Shown here one piece after another: positions 24,429 through 36,993 of a DNA stretch of 64,000 bases. Position numbers and translations under genes: made by a program. Origin of the DNA: Squalus acanthias. Its lineage: Eukaryota. The notes under the pieces were generated by a model. It did no database searches and was not told the origin of the DNA. It saw only the letters and a program-made list of their open reading frames with translations. Numbering within the stretch: the stretch's first letter is position 1; every line of letters starts with the position of its first letter. The stretch spans positions 134,790,001 through 134,854,000 of the forward strand of contig CM059432.1 in the NCBI GenBank assembly GCA_030390025.1, read 5' to 3'.

Positions 24429-24785
24429 AAATGCTTGGACTAAAATCCTTATCTGAATTATTAATGCTGCACTAAAAGCAATTACATGTTTATGAAATTT
24501 AATAAATATTACATAAGCATAATTTTTTTGACATCTCATTCAATATCATTTAATGCCCGAGTTGTGAATAAAAACACTTTAGTGGGAACCACAGGTTGTG
24601 ATCAAAGAGTATTACCCACAGGGCAAACAAGTTTTGAAGTGCTTACTATTCAAGGTAGTCCTCCATTTCATTGAAAAAAGTAGGCTGTAAGAAAATTTAC
24701 ATTTCAAAAAAAATGCCAATTTTCTTATCTGCAACAAAACCCTTAAGTGGGATATTTTCCCTGTTTGGTCAATTCATTAGATCTC

Positions 24786-24903
24786 CGACCTGAAACGTTG
24801 ACTCTGTTTCTCTCTCCACAGATGCTGCCTGACCTGCTGAGTGGTTTTCACCATTTTCTTTTTCCCCACCCCATATTTCCAGCATCTGCAGTATTTTTTT
24901 TTG
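24786..24903 (+). mobile_element. Penelope-tail insertion with degenerate TSD
   Basis: cgacctgaaacgttgactctgtttctctctccacagatgctgcc, flanked by tcattagatctc and tcattaggctctc. Confidence 0.78.
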
Positions 24904-25333
24904 TCATTAGGCTCTCTCCCTCTCCAAGACAGTCTGTGCTCTGGTGAGGATCTTTTTCACCCTCTCCAACCAGCATCTTTCCACAAACATAAGCTAATTA
25001 CTTCCAATATTCTCCTCTGTCTCACATATAATGTGACTTTACACTAGAATCCACACTCCAATATCACCTACTATCTGCATCTCCCCATCCCCAGCCCATG
25101 GCCAAGAGACTAGCGATGGCGAGAGGTCTAGTTATTGGGCGATTTGGAATCTTGTGGGACCTATAACTTGTGTAGGTTTAACAGATAGACTCGACCCAAA
25201 GCACGCTTACTTGTCTGATGTTAAAGTGCACGAGTGGACCAATCCTGTCTGTGTGATACATGGCAAAAGGAGCTTGCTCTCCTCAAAATCAATCTGTCAC
25301 GCTCCCACTTGAAAATGTAATTGCAGACAACAT

Positions 25334-25353
25334 GGAGAGAGAGAGAGAGAGAG
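25334..25353. repeat. (GA)n microsatellite
   Basis: Direct reading. Confidence 0.9.
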
Positions 25354-25899
25354 AAAAATTAGCACTTCCACTAAATTTGGGAAGCGACTGAAAAGTTAAT
25401 TGGTGTTCAGGGCTGAGGGACAGCAACTTCCTTAACTCAGGGGTCTTCTTCTATAAAAAGGAGTCTCTGGAGGAGAATTATCAGCAGGAAAGGAAGTTGA
25501 TGGCAGGTTTTTTCCCTACATGATGGGATCAAGTTGAATCTTGGGATTCTGCTACAGCACATTCCAACGCAACAGCAGTTCCTTTGGACCAGAATGCACT
25601 ATTATGGGCACAAATGATTTTCCGCAACACAAAAGTTGCCAGCGTTTTTGCATCAAATTACTTTTGTCAAGAGACTTTAATGTGGAAAATCAACTTAAAT
25701 TGAAATTCATGCAAACTTCAATGCATGAATATAGCAAAATCGGAGTGCAAATGTCCTAATTTACAGCATAGAGATCTATTATGCTCAAGCTGTTGTAAAT
25801 GAGTGTGTGTGTGGTGGGGGTGGGGGTGGGTGGGTGGGTTAGGTGTTGAATGACAAACACTTGCCTACATTGCTTCTTGCTGCATGCATAGAATTACAT

Positions 25900-27407
25900 T
25901 TTTGGGAAGATGTGGTAATTCAAAGATTAGAGACAAGGCAATAGAGAAAGGTATTAATATGGGAAATGATAAACAGACCGTGACAGGAAGGGATAGAGAG
26001 TACAAATCTAAGAGTAAATCAACAGATAAGGCTAGAGGTTACAAAAATAATAAAAGGACAAAACTAAAGGCTCTGCATCTGAATGCACATAGCATTCGAA
26101 ACAAAACAGATGAACTGATAGCGCAAATAGAAATAAATAAATATGATCTGATAGCCATTACAGAAACATGGCTGCAGGATGACATAGATTGGGACCTGAA
26201 TATTGAAGGGTACATGACATTTAGGAAGAACAGGAAGGTGGGAAAAGGTGGAGGGGTGGCTCTGTTAATTAATGATGGCATTAGCACAATAGAGAGGGAT
26301 GACCTAAGTTCAGGAAACCAGGATGTAGAAGCGGTTTGGGTAGAAATGAGAAATAATAAAGGCAAGAAGTCACTTGTGGGAGTGGTGTACAGGCCCCCTA
26401 ACAGTAACCACATGGTAGGATGGAGTATAAAGGAAGAAATAATGGGAGCTTGTCAGAAGGGTACAGCAATAATCATGGGGGATTTTAATCTGCATATAGA
26501 CTGGAAAAATCAGATGGGCAAAGGTAGCCTAGATGAGGAGTTCATGGAATGTTTTCGGGATAGTTTCTTACAACAGCGCGTTCTGGAGCCAACCAGAGAG
26601 CACGCTATACTAGACCTGGTATTGGGCAACGAGATAGGATTAGTTAATGACCTCATAGTGAAGGCGCCCCTCGGTAGCAGCGATCATAATATATGATTGA
26701 ATTTTACATTCAGTTTGAGAGAGAGAAGAGTGGGTCCAAGACTAGTATTTTAAACATAAATAAGGGCAATTATGAGTGCATGAAAGCAGAGCTAGCTAAA
26801 GTGAACTGGCAAATGAGGTTAAGGGATAGGTCAATAGAGTTGCAGTGGCAGACATTTAAGGGGATATTTCAAAATACACAGAATATATACATTCCAACAA
26901 GAAAGAAAAATTCCAAGGGGATTTAAGCTTCAAGAAAAAGCATATAATTGCGCAAAGATGGGTGGCAGGTCAGAAGATTGGACAGAATATAAAAAACAGC
27001 AAAGAATGACTAAAAGATTAATAAGGAGAGAAAAATTAGAGTACGAGAGAAAGCTAGCTAGAAATATAAAAACAGATAGTAAGAGTTTCTATAGATATTT
27101 AAAAAAGAAAGAGTTAAAGTGAGCGTTGGTCCTATAAAAAGTGAGTCTGGGGAATTAATCATGGAAAATAAGGAGATGGCAGTTGAATTGAACAGGTATT
27201 TTGCATCGGTCTTCACTATAGAGGATACAAGTAACATCCCAGAAATAGCTGTAAATCAGGATATGGAAGGGAGGGAGGAACTCAAGAAAATTACAACCAC
27301 CAGGGAAGTGGTACTGAGAAAATTGTTGGAGCTGCGGGCTGACAAGTCCCCGGGTCCTGATGGACTTCATCCTAGGGTCTTAAAAGAAGTGGCTAGTGAG
27401 ATAGTTG
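25900..27407 (+). mobile_element. CR1 ORF2 5' fragment (APE endonuclease and linker), lacking RT core and tail
   Basis: ORF 25884..26696 (IAITETWL, VYRPP, MGDFN, SSDHN). ORF 27119 ends at KSPGPDGLHPRVLKEVASEIV. Confidence 0.92.
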
Positions 27408-27499
27408 AGCATAGGCAGAAATCAAGTTGAAGAAAAAATGTATTGCAGCGTGAAAGTTCTAAGTAAATCTTTACATTTTATCTCCAAATCTCAACACTG

Positions 27500-28263
27500 C
27501 CAATTCTTGAAAGACAAACACACAATGGCGAAGCGAAGGTGTTCGCTGCCGGCCCTGAAGTACGCTTCGCACGAGGATCTCGCGATCCCTGTGTCGAGAA
27601 CTTTGAGTTTTCTGACCTTCAATTCAAATCAACGGAAGTTAATGGGGATCCCCTTGCGCGAGCTGCTGTGACGTCAACAGGCGCTCTAAGCAGCCAGTCA
27701 AAACGCAGAATTCTCAGACAGCGAACATTGGAGTGAGTAAGCTCTTAAAAATGTTAGAGAGAGCAAAACAAAGATGGGGTTCTCACATGGGGAAAAAGGC
27801 AAACTTGAAATAAAGATGGGCAAACATTTTGAAAAGTTTCTTAAAAATGTTAATTTTTATTAAAATGGACAAATTTCACACTGCACAAAATCAAAATGAG
27901 TTTTCCAGACCCTTGACATTTGTTTAGCAGTAATAACGCTGTCAAAACCCCAGTTACACCCAATCCCTTTGGGTCTATCTTTTAGTGGGGAATTTAACAG
28001 CGTAATTACTGCGGAAGAGCCGAAGTTGTCAGTTTCAATGACTTGGCTGATTACACAGATTGCCGGCTCCGTGGGCAGGGGCGGGGGGTGTTAGAGAAGG
28101 AGGGGTGCAGAGCGCAGCCTGATTCGGAGCCATCAATGACTGACCGCAACTTCGGGATCTCCACTGGCACCTGCGCCAAATACCGAAGCTGCGGTCAGTT
28201 TCAAAGGCAGATTGACGGCGCACGCTGCCAGTTCGCCGTCATCCCGACTCCAAATCACGGGCC
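27500..28263 (+). mobile_element. Non-autonomous TIR element (~760 nt), same family as 55012-55773
   Basis: Shared blocks ctaagcagcc...gaattctcagacagc and cagcagtaat...ccagttacacc. Right end gccgtcat...caaatcacgggcc. Confidence 0.68.
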
Positions 28264-28299
28264 AATGTCCTACAGTCTCCGGCAGTAAGGAGTCATTAT

Positions 28300-28738
28300 C
28301 AGGTACAAAGCTCGAGGAATAGCACCTCATCTTTCGATGAGATACTTTACCACCTTCCAACCACAACACTGAGTTCAACGACTTTCGATCATAACCATTG
28401 CTCCCACTTTTTCGGACAGCAAGTGCTGGTCACGATTCTAGGGTTGCCATTTTCAGTTCCTCTGGACCCATCTGCTGTTTCTTTACTTGTCCCATTACCA
28501 CCCCTTTTCCCCTCGCACCATCATTCCTTTTGTCTTTTAATCACCCCTGCCCGCCACCCTATCGCAGACCTTCCCTTTTGTTCTTTCCTCCCCTTCCCCC
28601 GCTTTTTCCCCTGGCTCTGCATTTTCGTATAAACTTTTCAATCTCTAACTTCATCCAGTTCCGATGAAAGGCCATCGACCTGAAACGTTAACTCTGTCCC
28701 CCTCTCTCCACAGATGCTGCCTGACCTGCTGAGTGCTT
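28300..28738 (+). mobile_element. Penelope-like element 3' fragment (end of ORF, 3' UTR, hammerhead-bearing tail)
   Basis: aagctcgaggaatagcacctcatctttcg...gagttcaacgactttcgatcataacc matches the reverse complement of 49553-49642. Confidence 0.85.
28657..28693 (+). ncRNA. Minimal type I hammerhead ribozyme motif (Penelope-associated; U4C core variant)
   Basis: AGTT-CCGATGA-A-AGGCC atc GACCT-GAAA-C-GTT-AACT: stem I AGTT/AACT, stem II with one mismatch, and palindromic AACGTT in place of stem III. Confidence 0.62.
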
Positions 28739-29841
28739 TCGGAGAGCAAAAAAAAAATACATGAACTTTAAACGTAAACTGTGAGAGTGAATCTTGAGCA
28801 CCACATAACATTTATCTGAATCAACAGATTAGATTATTCCCTTGAAATCACGCTGGAATATCTCTTCTTTTGTTGTATGTGAGGAGAAGTTTCATTCATT
28901 CAGTTTTTGTGCCAACAATTGGGGCTTTCACTATTAATGATGTATGGTTCTTCACACAGAAGAACAACTGGCATTAGTACGAGTTTATCAAGAAGCAATT
29001 TCGCTGGTACACTATAGATCTTTTTTTACATACCACATTTATTTACATTATTTACATACCACATGCCACCACTGATCAAAGATCCATACATCTGGGTGAT
29101 TTTGAAGAAAAATAGCAAAAGTTTATGACCTACAACAATCTCAGGGGACTAGCAAAGAGTCAATTATTGCACCGTCTATGAATAAAAATAGATTTCTTGA
29201 AGTCTCCAGTACAACTTCTGCATGGAAATCCTGCAGGAATAAATTGATAGCAATGGGAAGTCAAGCACCAGCTCACCGCCAAGCTACTCATCCATTGCTT
29301 TCAGATTACTCAGCAGATACTGAACATGCAATCAATATTCACCCAACAAACTGTACAAAGCAAGTAATGAATACATACATCAACCATGATGGGTAAATTG
29401 CACCCCTATACCAGTAGTCACAAATATGTCACGAGTCAAGGTTTCTCCTGCAACTTTTCTTTGCTGAATCCTATGTACCAGAACACAATCTTTCATTCCA
29501 ACAATACACTTATCGGGTTACGAGCACATCTCTCTCAGCAGCCCTCTCGCACGAAACAACCATCGCAAAGAGACGGATGGCCGTAATGAAACTGATGTAT
29601 ACGGTACTTAAAGATATGTTGTATGCTACTATTAATCCATTTTATGACACTCAAACTTTTATAGTTCCTTATTATATGTTTATCATACTTCATTTTAAAT
29701 GATATTCTGCAATACTGAATAATACAGATCAAAATACAGAGATGCAAGATAGCGGTTCACAGCAGCCATAAAAAAAAAGCCTACAAACTAGTCTGCAGTG
29801 GTTCCAACATCACACCTCTAGCACAAGGAATGTTTGAGCTA

Positions 29842-30165
29842 GAAAGAAAGATTTGCATTTATATAGCGCCTTTCACGACCACCGGACGTCTCAAAGCGCT
29901 TTACAGCCAATGAAGTACTTTTTGAAGTGAAGTCACTTGTAATGTGGGAAACGCGGCAGCCAATTTGCGCACAGCAAGCTCCCACAAACAACAATGTGAT
30001 AATGACCAGATAATCTGTTTTTTGTTATGTTGGTTGAGGGTTAAATATTGGCCAGGACACGGGGGATAACTCCCCTGCTCTTCTTCGAAATAGTGCCATG
30101 GGGTCTTTTACGTCCACCCGAGAGAGCAAACGGGGCCTCGGTTTAACGTCTCATCCGAAAGACAG
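29842..30165 (-). mobile_element. Deu-domain SINE (SacSINE1-like), 3' two-thirds
   Basis: Reverse complement reads ctttcggatgagacgttaaaccgaggccccg...ccatggcactatttcgaagaagagcagggg, then tail ggcgctatataaatgcaaatctttcttt. Confidence 0.88.
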
Positions 30166-30577
30166 CTCGAATTAGTGCTCGAATTCCTATACGAGTTAAA
30201 CCCACGATGGGAGTCACCAATGGTACAATAACTAATTTTGAAATCTAAACAAAGTCTTGCTAAGGACCCCTTTGCAAAACTCAAAGTTACAGGCATGGGA
30301 CTAGCCAACATCTTTTTGATTTATCAATTCTTCCGACTTTATTTTCCGTGTGTCAGGGCAGCAGACTGGGAGATATTTCTGAGCCACATAGTGTAACTGG
30401 GGCAAATTACCAGTCAGTGTTTGCCACGCCCACAAACATAGCCCGTAAGTCTACAATGCTTTGGCAATTATGTCATATTGAGCTACCCCCCCCCCCACCC
30501 CCGCCCCCACCCCCACCCCAAGCTAATGGCCTCAGCTACACATCCAAGAAGAAAAATCAAGACAAATGGTAAACAAT

Positions 30578-31345
30578 GCAACAACTTGCATTTATATACA
30601 ACTTTAACATAAGAAAAAAAGGTCATAGGTGCTTCACAGAGGCATAATCAGACAAGAATGGACACCTAGCCAAAAAATGGAGATATTAGGTGGGAGTGAC
30701 CAAAATCTTGGTCGAAGAGGTGGGTTTTAAGGAGTGGCTTATAGGAGGAGAGGGAGGTGGAGGGGTTTTGGGAGGGAAATCCCGAAGGCTAAAGACACTG
30801 CTGCCAATGTTGGGGCAAAGGAAGCGGGGGGGAAAAACAATAGGCTAGAATTTAGAGGAAGAGAAAGTTTGAGGGAAGAGGTTTATAGGGCTGGAGGAGT
30901 TTACAGAGATAGGGTGGGGGCGAGGTCATGAAGGGATTTAAACACAAAGGGTGACAATTTGAAGCTTTGGGGGTGCGGGAGCCGCTGTAGGCCAGCAAGG
31001 ACAGGGGTGATGGGTGAACGGGACTTAGTGTGGGACAGGATAAGGGCAGCAGAGTTTTGGATGAGCTGAAGTTTACGGAGGGTGGAGAATGGGAGGCCGG
31101 CCAGGAGGGTATTGGAATAGTCCAGTCTGGAGGTGACAAAGGCATGGATGAGGTTTTCAGCAGCAGATGGACTGGGGCAGGGGTGAAGATAGGTGATGTT
31201 ATAGGAGGTAGAAGTAGGCAGTCTAAGGGATGGAGCGGATATGGTGTCGGAAATTCAGCTTGGCGCCGAATTGGTTGGCAAGATTGCGAAGGGTCTGGTT
31301 GAGCCTGAGACAGTGTGCGGGGGAGGGAATTAAGTCGGTGGTGAG
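30578..31345 (-). mobile_element. L2 LINE 3' fragment
   Basis: Tail caacaacttgcatttatatac. Colinear with 14877-15375 plus 17748-17960. Confidence 0.85.
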
Positions 31346-31844
31346 GATACAGGCCTCAAGGATCTCAAGAGTCCAATTCTTGTGGTATTTTAGCTTTAAA
31401 AATGTTGGCGAGATTCCACCTAAAAATAAAATATGTTCTCATGATATTTATCCACCCTCAGTAACTACCCTTCCTCATCTTGTTGAGCTCGATAGACAGC
31501 TGAACCGTGCTAAATTCAGATCGGTCATCAATAATTACTTCATGAAACACATCACTTCAAAATACGGCCACAAAGATTACCAGCTGCTTGGAAACTCTGG
31601 TGGTGGGCAGCACAGCATATTGGGCACCAGAAGGCTGTGCAACACTAGTAGAATCACATCCAAAGTTCCCTACACCATCAGTTACTAATCTCAGCTCTAG
31701 CACTATAAGGGGAACGACATGGACCCTCGACAGGGAACAAGACAGAATAAGACAAAGGCCGACAGTAACCTTGGGTCACTTGCCCATATCTCCTAGCATC
31801 AGTTACATAATAACACTGGCAGAGAACGGTGTACCAAGCTGGAC

Positions 31845-31965
31845 TCATTTGGACTTGGTAGGGAATTAGATAAATACTTGAAGGGGAAAAATTTGCAGCT
31901 CTTTCAAAGAGCCGGCACAGGCGTAATGGGTCGAATGGCCTCCTTCTGTGCTGCATGATGTTATG
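31845..31965 (+). mobile_element. CR1 3' tail fragment
   Basis: gggaattagataaatacttgaagggg...gggtcgaatggcctccttctgtgctg. Confidence 0.7.
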
Positions 31966-32819
31966 AAATAGTTTAATATTTCTGATGTCTTGCCTCCAAT
32001 CTCAGGAAGGCTTTTACTCGTATGAATCTTTACATTCTCAGACATATTTCTCATAGGATCCTTGGTGCCACACACACACACATCTCATTCCTTTAATCGC
32101 AGAGGTGAAAGACTGTCAACACACTGCATCACCATAAAACTCATTATAAACCCAGTCCAGCACAAGCAAACTTAAGTCTAAATCCAGCACTTAAATAAGT
32201 GCTAAACAAACAAACCAGGTCTCCACCCTGAAATCCAGTAAGAAAAAAATGATATAATGTTCTTCCTAATAGGCATTTATTACATTGATCAATTTGATTC
32301 TACAGCTGGCGCCTTTTTCTGTCCGCATACAGCACAAAATTGTTTGTTGTGCTTTTTAAAATAGAACAGCAACATAAACATAGAAATAACTCATGGTAAA
32401 TTGAACAAAACCGCCTTAGATGCACTTCTTAATGTAACATGATGCAAGATCTCTGACGATATTTCAACACAATTCACATTTCTTTCCTGCACTTTAATTA
32501 GAACCACAAATCTTCATTCCAGCCACTTTAATTTCCTGAATGAGCCACGGGGGCTTTAAATCCGATAATGAATGAAATGGATTTAATACAAGTGTACTGT
32601 CAACAAATTCATTGCTGCAGAACCATTACGGTAAACCAAGAGGGGAGGTGTGATTTGAAGTTTGCTCGTTTCTTCTTCATACTTGAAAGACAGCAAATGT
32701 CTTCAAAAGGAATAGTTAATCCTTCAGTTTGAAAAAAAAAAGCATAGTGAAAAGAAATTTCTGCCAAACTGTATTTTCAGTTAGAATTGCAATAGGGAAT
32801 TCAGGAGAAACTTCTTTAC

Positions 32820-33358
32820 ATAGAATATGCAGCACAGAAACTGGCCATTCGGCCCAACCAGTCCATGCCGGCGTTTATGCTCCACTCGAGCCTCCTCCCA
32901 TCTTTCCTCATCTAACTCTATCAGCATAACCCTCTATTCCCTTCTCCCTCATGCTTATCTAGCTTCCCTTAAATCTATACTACTTGCCTCAACCACTCCC
33001 TGTGGTAGTGAGTGCCACATTCTCACCGCTCTCTGGGTAAAGAAATTTCTTCTGAATTCCCTATTTGATTTCTTGGTGACTATCTTATATTGATGGCCTC
33101 TAGTTTTGCTCTTCCCCACAAGTGGAAACACTGTCTTCTGTGTCTACTCTATCAAAACCTCTCATAATTTTAAAGACCTCTATTAGGTCATCCCTCAGCC
33201 TTCTCTTTTCAAGAGAAGAGAAAAGAGACCCAGCCTGTTCATCCTTTCCTGATAGGTATAACCTTTGCAGTTCTGGTATCATCCTTGTGAATCTTTTTTA
33301 CCCCCTCTCAAGTGCCTCGCTATCCTTTTTATAATATGGCGATCAGAATTGCACAAAG
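32820..33358 (-). mobile_element. CR1 3' end
   Basis: ORF 33100..33282 LFSSLEKRRLRDDLIEVFKIMRGFDRVD. Same subfamily as 37715-38155. Confidence 0.88.
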
Positions 33359-33735
33359 TATTTGACCCTGAACCACATAGGGAGATATTAGGACAGGTGG
33401 GTTACAGAGGTAGCTTTCAGGGAGTGTCTAAGAGGAGGAGGAGTTTTGGAAATTTCAGAGCTTAGGGCCTAGGCAGCTGAAGGCACGGCCGCCAACGGTG
33501 TAGCGCTGAAAATTGGGGATGCTCAAGAGGACAGAATTGGATAAGCGGAGGGTTGTAGGGATGGAGGAGGTTAGAGAGCCAGGGAGGGGTGAGGCCATCG
33601 AGGGATTTGAAAGCAAGGATGAGAATTTTAAAGTTGAGGCGTTGCCGGACCGGGGGCCAATGTAGGTCAGCGAGCACAGGGGTGATGGGTGAACAGGACT
33701 TGGTGTGAGTTAGAATACGAGCAGCAGAGTTTTAC
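33359..33735 (-). mobile_element. L2 3' fragment
   Basis: ORF 33462 LADLHWPPVRQRLNFKILILAFKSLDGL. Confidence 0.85.
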
Positions 33736-34142
33736 AGACATACTGGCTGTTCGAATAGTTATAGCACCTGCTATATTGGCAGAAGCTTGAATGAGCAGTG
33801 CACCGTGACTTTCCTGGCAATCAACACTGAGATACTGTGCAGTTCATTAAATCTGGTAAAATCACCAGGTTTACAACTAAATGTTCCCTTTAAAAAAAAT
33901 TATAGTAACCCTATATAAGTGAACATAGTGTATTTTTATAGTGCTAATAAATTATCTGTTTATGACAGGTGCTGTAGAAAATAAGAGTACGCAGAATATG
34001 AACACAGATATTTTTTAAAAGTATAACTCAGTAATTCATACACATCCAGTAGGAAACCAGACTTTTACTTATCCCATAAAATGTTTGAACTGTAATTGTA
34101 CCTTAAACATATTTAAAACCTTGCAATCAGTTGGCCTCTGGT

Positions 34143-34342
34143 TCTTTGGAATTCTCTACCCCAGAGGGCTGTGGATGCTCAGTCGTTGAGTATATTCAAG
34201 GCCGAGATGGATAGATTTTTGGACTCTAGGGGAATCAAGGGATATGAAGATCGGGCGGGAAAGTGGAGTTGAGGTCGATGATCAGCCATGATCTTATTGA
34301 CTCGCGGAGCAGGCTACTCCTGCTCCTGTCCCTTATGTTCTT
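34143..34342 (+). mobile_element. CR1 3' tail
   Basis: ctttggaattctctaccccagagggctgtgg...ctactcctgctcctgtcccttatgttctt. Confidence 0.85.
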
Positions 34343-36115
34343 TTGTAAAAGTGTGCAAGCTCATTAGCATTCTCTGATCCAAAAATGCAACAGAGATATC
34401 TTACATTGCCAAGTGCGCGTAATGTGAAGCTCTTGTGCCTAGCTGAGATTACTTACAATAACTCAATTACTTCCCAATAAATACTCATTCATTCTCATCC
34501 CAACAAATCTTGGAAACTGAGAAAGTGTGCGTGCTGGGATTGAGATGAGGATGAAAGCTGTGGATGGAACTTAGTGTGTGCGCTTGTCACGTTTAAACAT
34601 GAGCAGCTAGGGATGCTTTTAACGTACTTCCCTCAGTTTAAACATTAGGAGCTACATATTTTGATGTTTTTAAGTCTTAATACCCGTAGTACTATAGCAC
34701 ACTCTTGTACAAAAAGCAGCGCCTGTGGTTATTTGCAACAGCTGGACAATTTCCATTTCCATTCAGACAACCAACTGAAGCTAAAGCAACAAAACTGGAC
34801 AAGGGAATGGAGGAGGCACTGGTTAATGCAGTAAGTGCAAAAAGCTGAAAGCATTTAAAACTATTTTTTAAAAAAAAATTAAACTTTGAAAGCCCAGCAC
34901 CTTTGAAAATCAGTATTAACCTCTGCTTTCTTGCCTTGCAGTTATTTTTCCTGCCATTATCAAATGTCGTTTCTGATCAGTTGCCAACTGCAAGTGGTTT
35001 GCTGATTTCATTCTTTTCCCACACTGCCTCAGGTGGTAGCCTGATGTACTGAATTGCACTGGCATTTTCCCAAGCAGTTCCGATTTCCAGGAAATTGAAG
35101 CAACTTTTACCACACAGGTTAAAGATCAACTGGTAAAATTTCCATATTGCTGAGAACTCAGAGGTTCATGCAAAGCAAAAATTAACTTCGGCCACCGATG
35201 CCAAAGTATATTGGGTGGGGGTGTATGTGCGCGTATGTGCCCCCGCATGTGCGTGTCTAAACTGTCCATTTGTGTCTGTATGCGTGTACATTGTTGGACG
35301 GCTTTCTTGTTTCTTTTCGTCTCGTTACTTTAAACGCCAGATTACACACACACACACAGTTGTAGCAATGCAGGATCAGGACTTTATTGAAACCTCATAC
35401 TCTCCACAACCAGAATGGGCTCTGTGAGACATACTCCAGGATTCCAGTATGAGCTGCTGAACAGTGGTTCACTCACATCTCTTATACCAAATTTCACCTT
35501 TGATCACTACAATCCATGCATGCCACCAATAAATCACTGTATATCAAAGATACCTACAGATGCCAAAAGAATAAGATAAACCCAACAAACATGCACTTCC
35601 ACAAACACAAGTGACCTAACTGCTGTCATAAACTCTTCCCATTCCCCTAAACACAAGTGACCAAGCTGACATATTCCAGACCATTACAGATATGGCTGAA
35701 TGACTCTTACACATTCTACTATTTTACTTTCCTGTGAAGACAGCCTTGCTTTTCGGCCTGTTTACACAATTTACAACACGTGCTCAGGAGAAAGCTGTTT
35801 TAAATCATCATCATCATCATGTGCTGATCCCACAGACTGCCCCGAAAGAACATTTGAGGTATGCAGACTTTTGCTCCCACATACATCTACATGTTTGTGT
35901 GCCTTTCTGCATGCATGAGTCTGTGTGCACACACGACAACTGAGGATTGTTGCTTTCAGGATTGAATGCCACAACTCTCTCCATTATTCTGTGAAAATTG
36001 CAGTTAAGTGACCTTTGTTTTGTATGTATTCCTTTGCCAATATACTTCACTCTTTATTCCTCACTTTTGAAGCAGAGAATGCACAGCAACATTGCATGTG
36101 CAATGCACCAAGCGG

Positions 36116-36246
36116 CACGATGAAAAGTCATCAACCTGAAAGGTTAACTGTTTCTCTCTCCACTGACACAGCCTGACCTGCCGAGTGTTTCCAGCATTTT
36201 CAGTTTTTATTTCAGATTTCCAGCATCGGCAGCATGTTGCTTTTAC
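36116..36246 (+). mobile_element. Penelope-tail element, degenerate
   Basis: cgatgaaaagtcatcaacctgaaaggttaactgtttctctctccac...tttcagatttccagcatc. Confidence 0.78.
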
Positions 36247-36859
36247 TGTATATGTCAAATGGACGTCGAGACCTGGACGCGAGCCAAGTCCTGGACTTAT
36301 GTTGCACTGGAGGACGGTCCTGGGGCTGGACAGGACTGGAGTGGGGTGCTGGAGTTTGATCATGCTGCAGTGAAAGTGCGGGAGCTTGGCAGCAGGGGGC
36401 TTCTTTGATCCAGCATCATTGTAGATGGGGAACCTAGGATTTGGCACAACTGAAGTTACGATGCGAGGTTGGACTCACTGGTAGTTTTCCGGTGTCCGTT
36501 AGCAGTGAGGAGTGGGCAGTGCAAGGCAAGGCCCCGACAGCATCAGTAGAGTGACCCATGTCTGATGGAGTTTCCTACATTACAGCACTGACTACACGTC
36601 AAAAGTACGTCATTGGTCTCGGACACAGTCAGTCTCGGACTCAGAGTCAGACACACGTTAAGAAAATGTAAACATTCTAATTACGAGCAGCAAAGCACAG
36701 GTGATAAGTAATCCTTTCAAAATTCAATTCACTTGTGCTCGGTTTGAAAAAAGTCAAATTAAGAGGAAAGACATTCTGTCTCGGTCGCCTTTTCTCTTGT
36801 CTCACAAACATCACTAAAGTATCACTAATTAGAACTGGTGATTGGAACTAATTAGAACT

Positions 36860-36993
36860 AGTTCTTATGAAAGGTCATTGACCTGAAACGTTAACTCTGT
36901 TTCCCTCTCCACAGATGAGGTCTGACCTACTGAGTATTTCCAGCATTTTCTGTTTTTATTTCAGATTTCCAGCATCTGCAGTATTTTGCTTTT
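36860..36993 (+). mobile_element. Penelope-tail insertion with 16-bp TSD and hammerhead motif (G5U variant)
   Basis: gtatcactaattagaa at 36819-36834 and 36994-37009. Motif AGTT-CTTATGA-A-AGGTC att GACCT-GAAAC-GTT-AACT at 36860-36896. Confidence 0.88.

Noticed and set aside
23270..27407. Minus-strand CR1 3' part and plus-strand CR1 5' part as one twin-primed (5'-inverted) insertion
   Set aside because: About 1.5 kb of unrelated sequence separates them, about 0.5 kb of ORF2 is missing between the parts, and no shared TSD was seen.
36090..36265. TSD around the 36116 Penelope-tail copy
   Set aside because: The flanks attgcatgtgcaatgcac and actgtatatgtcaaatggac are only loosely similar, so the TSD is not supportable.
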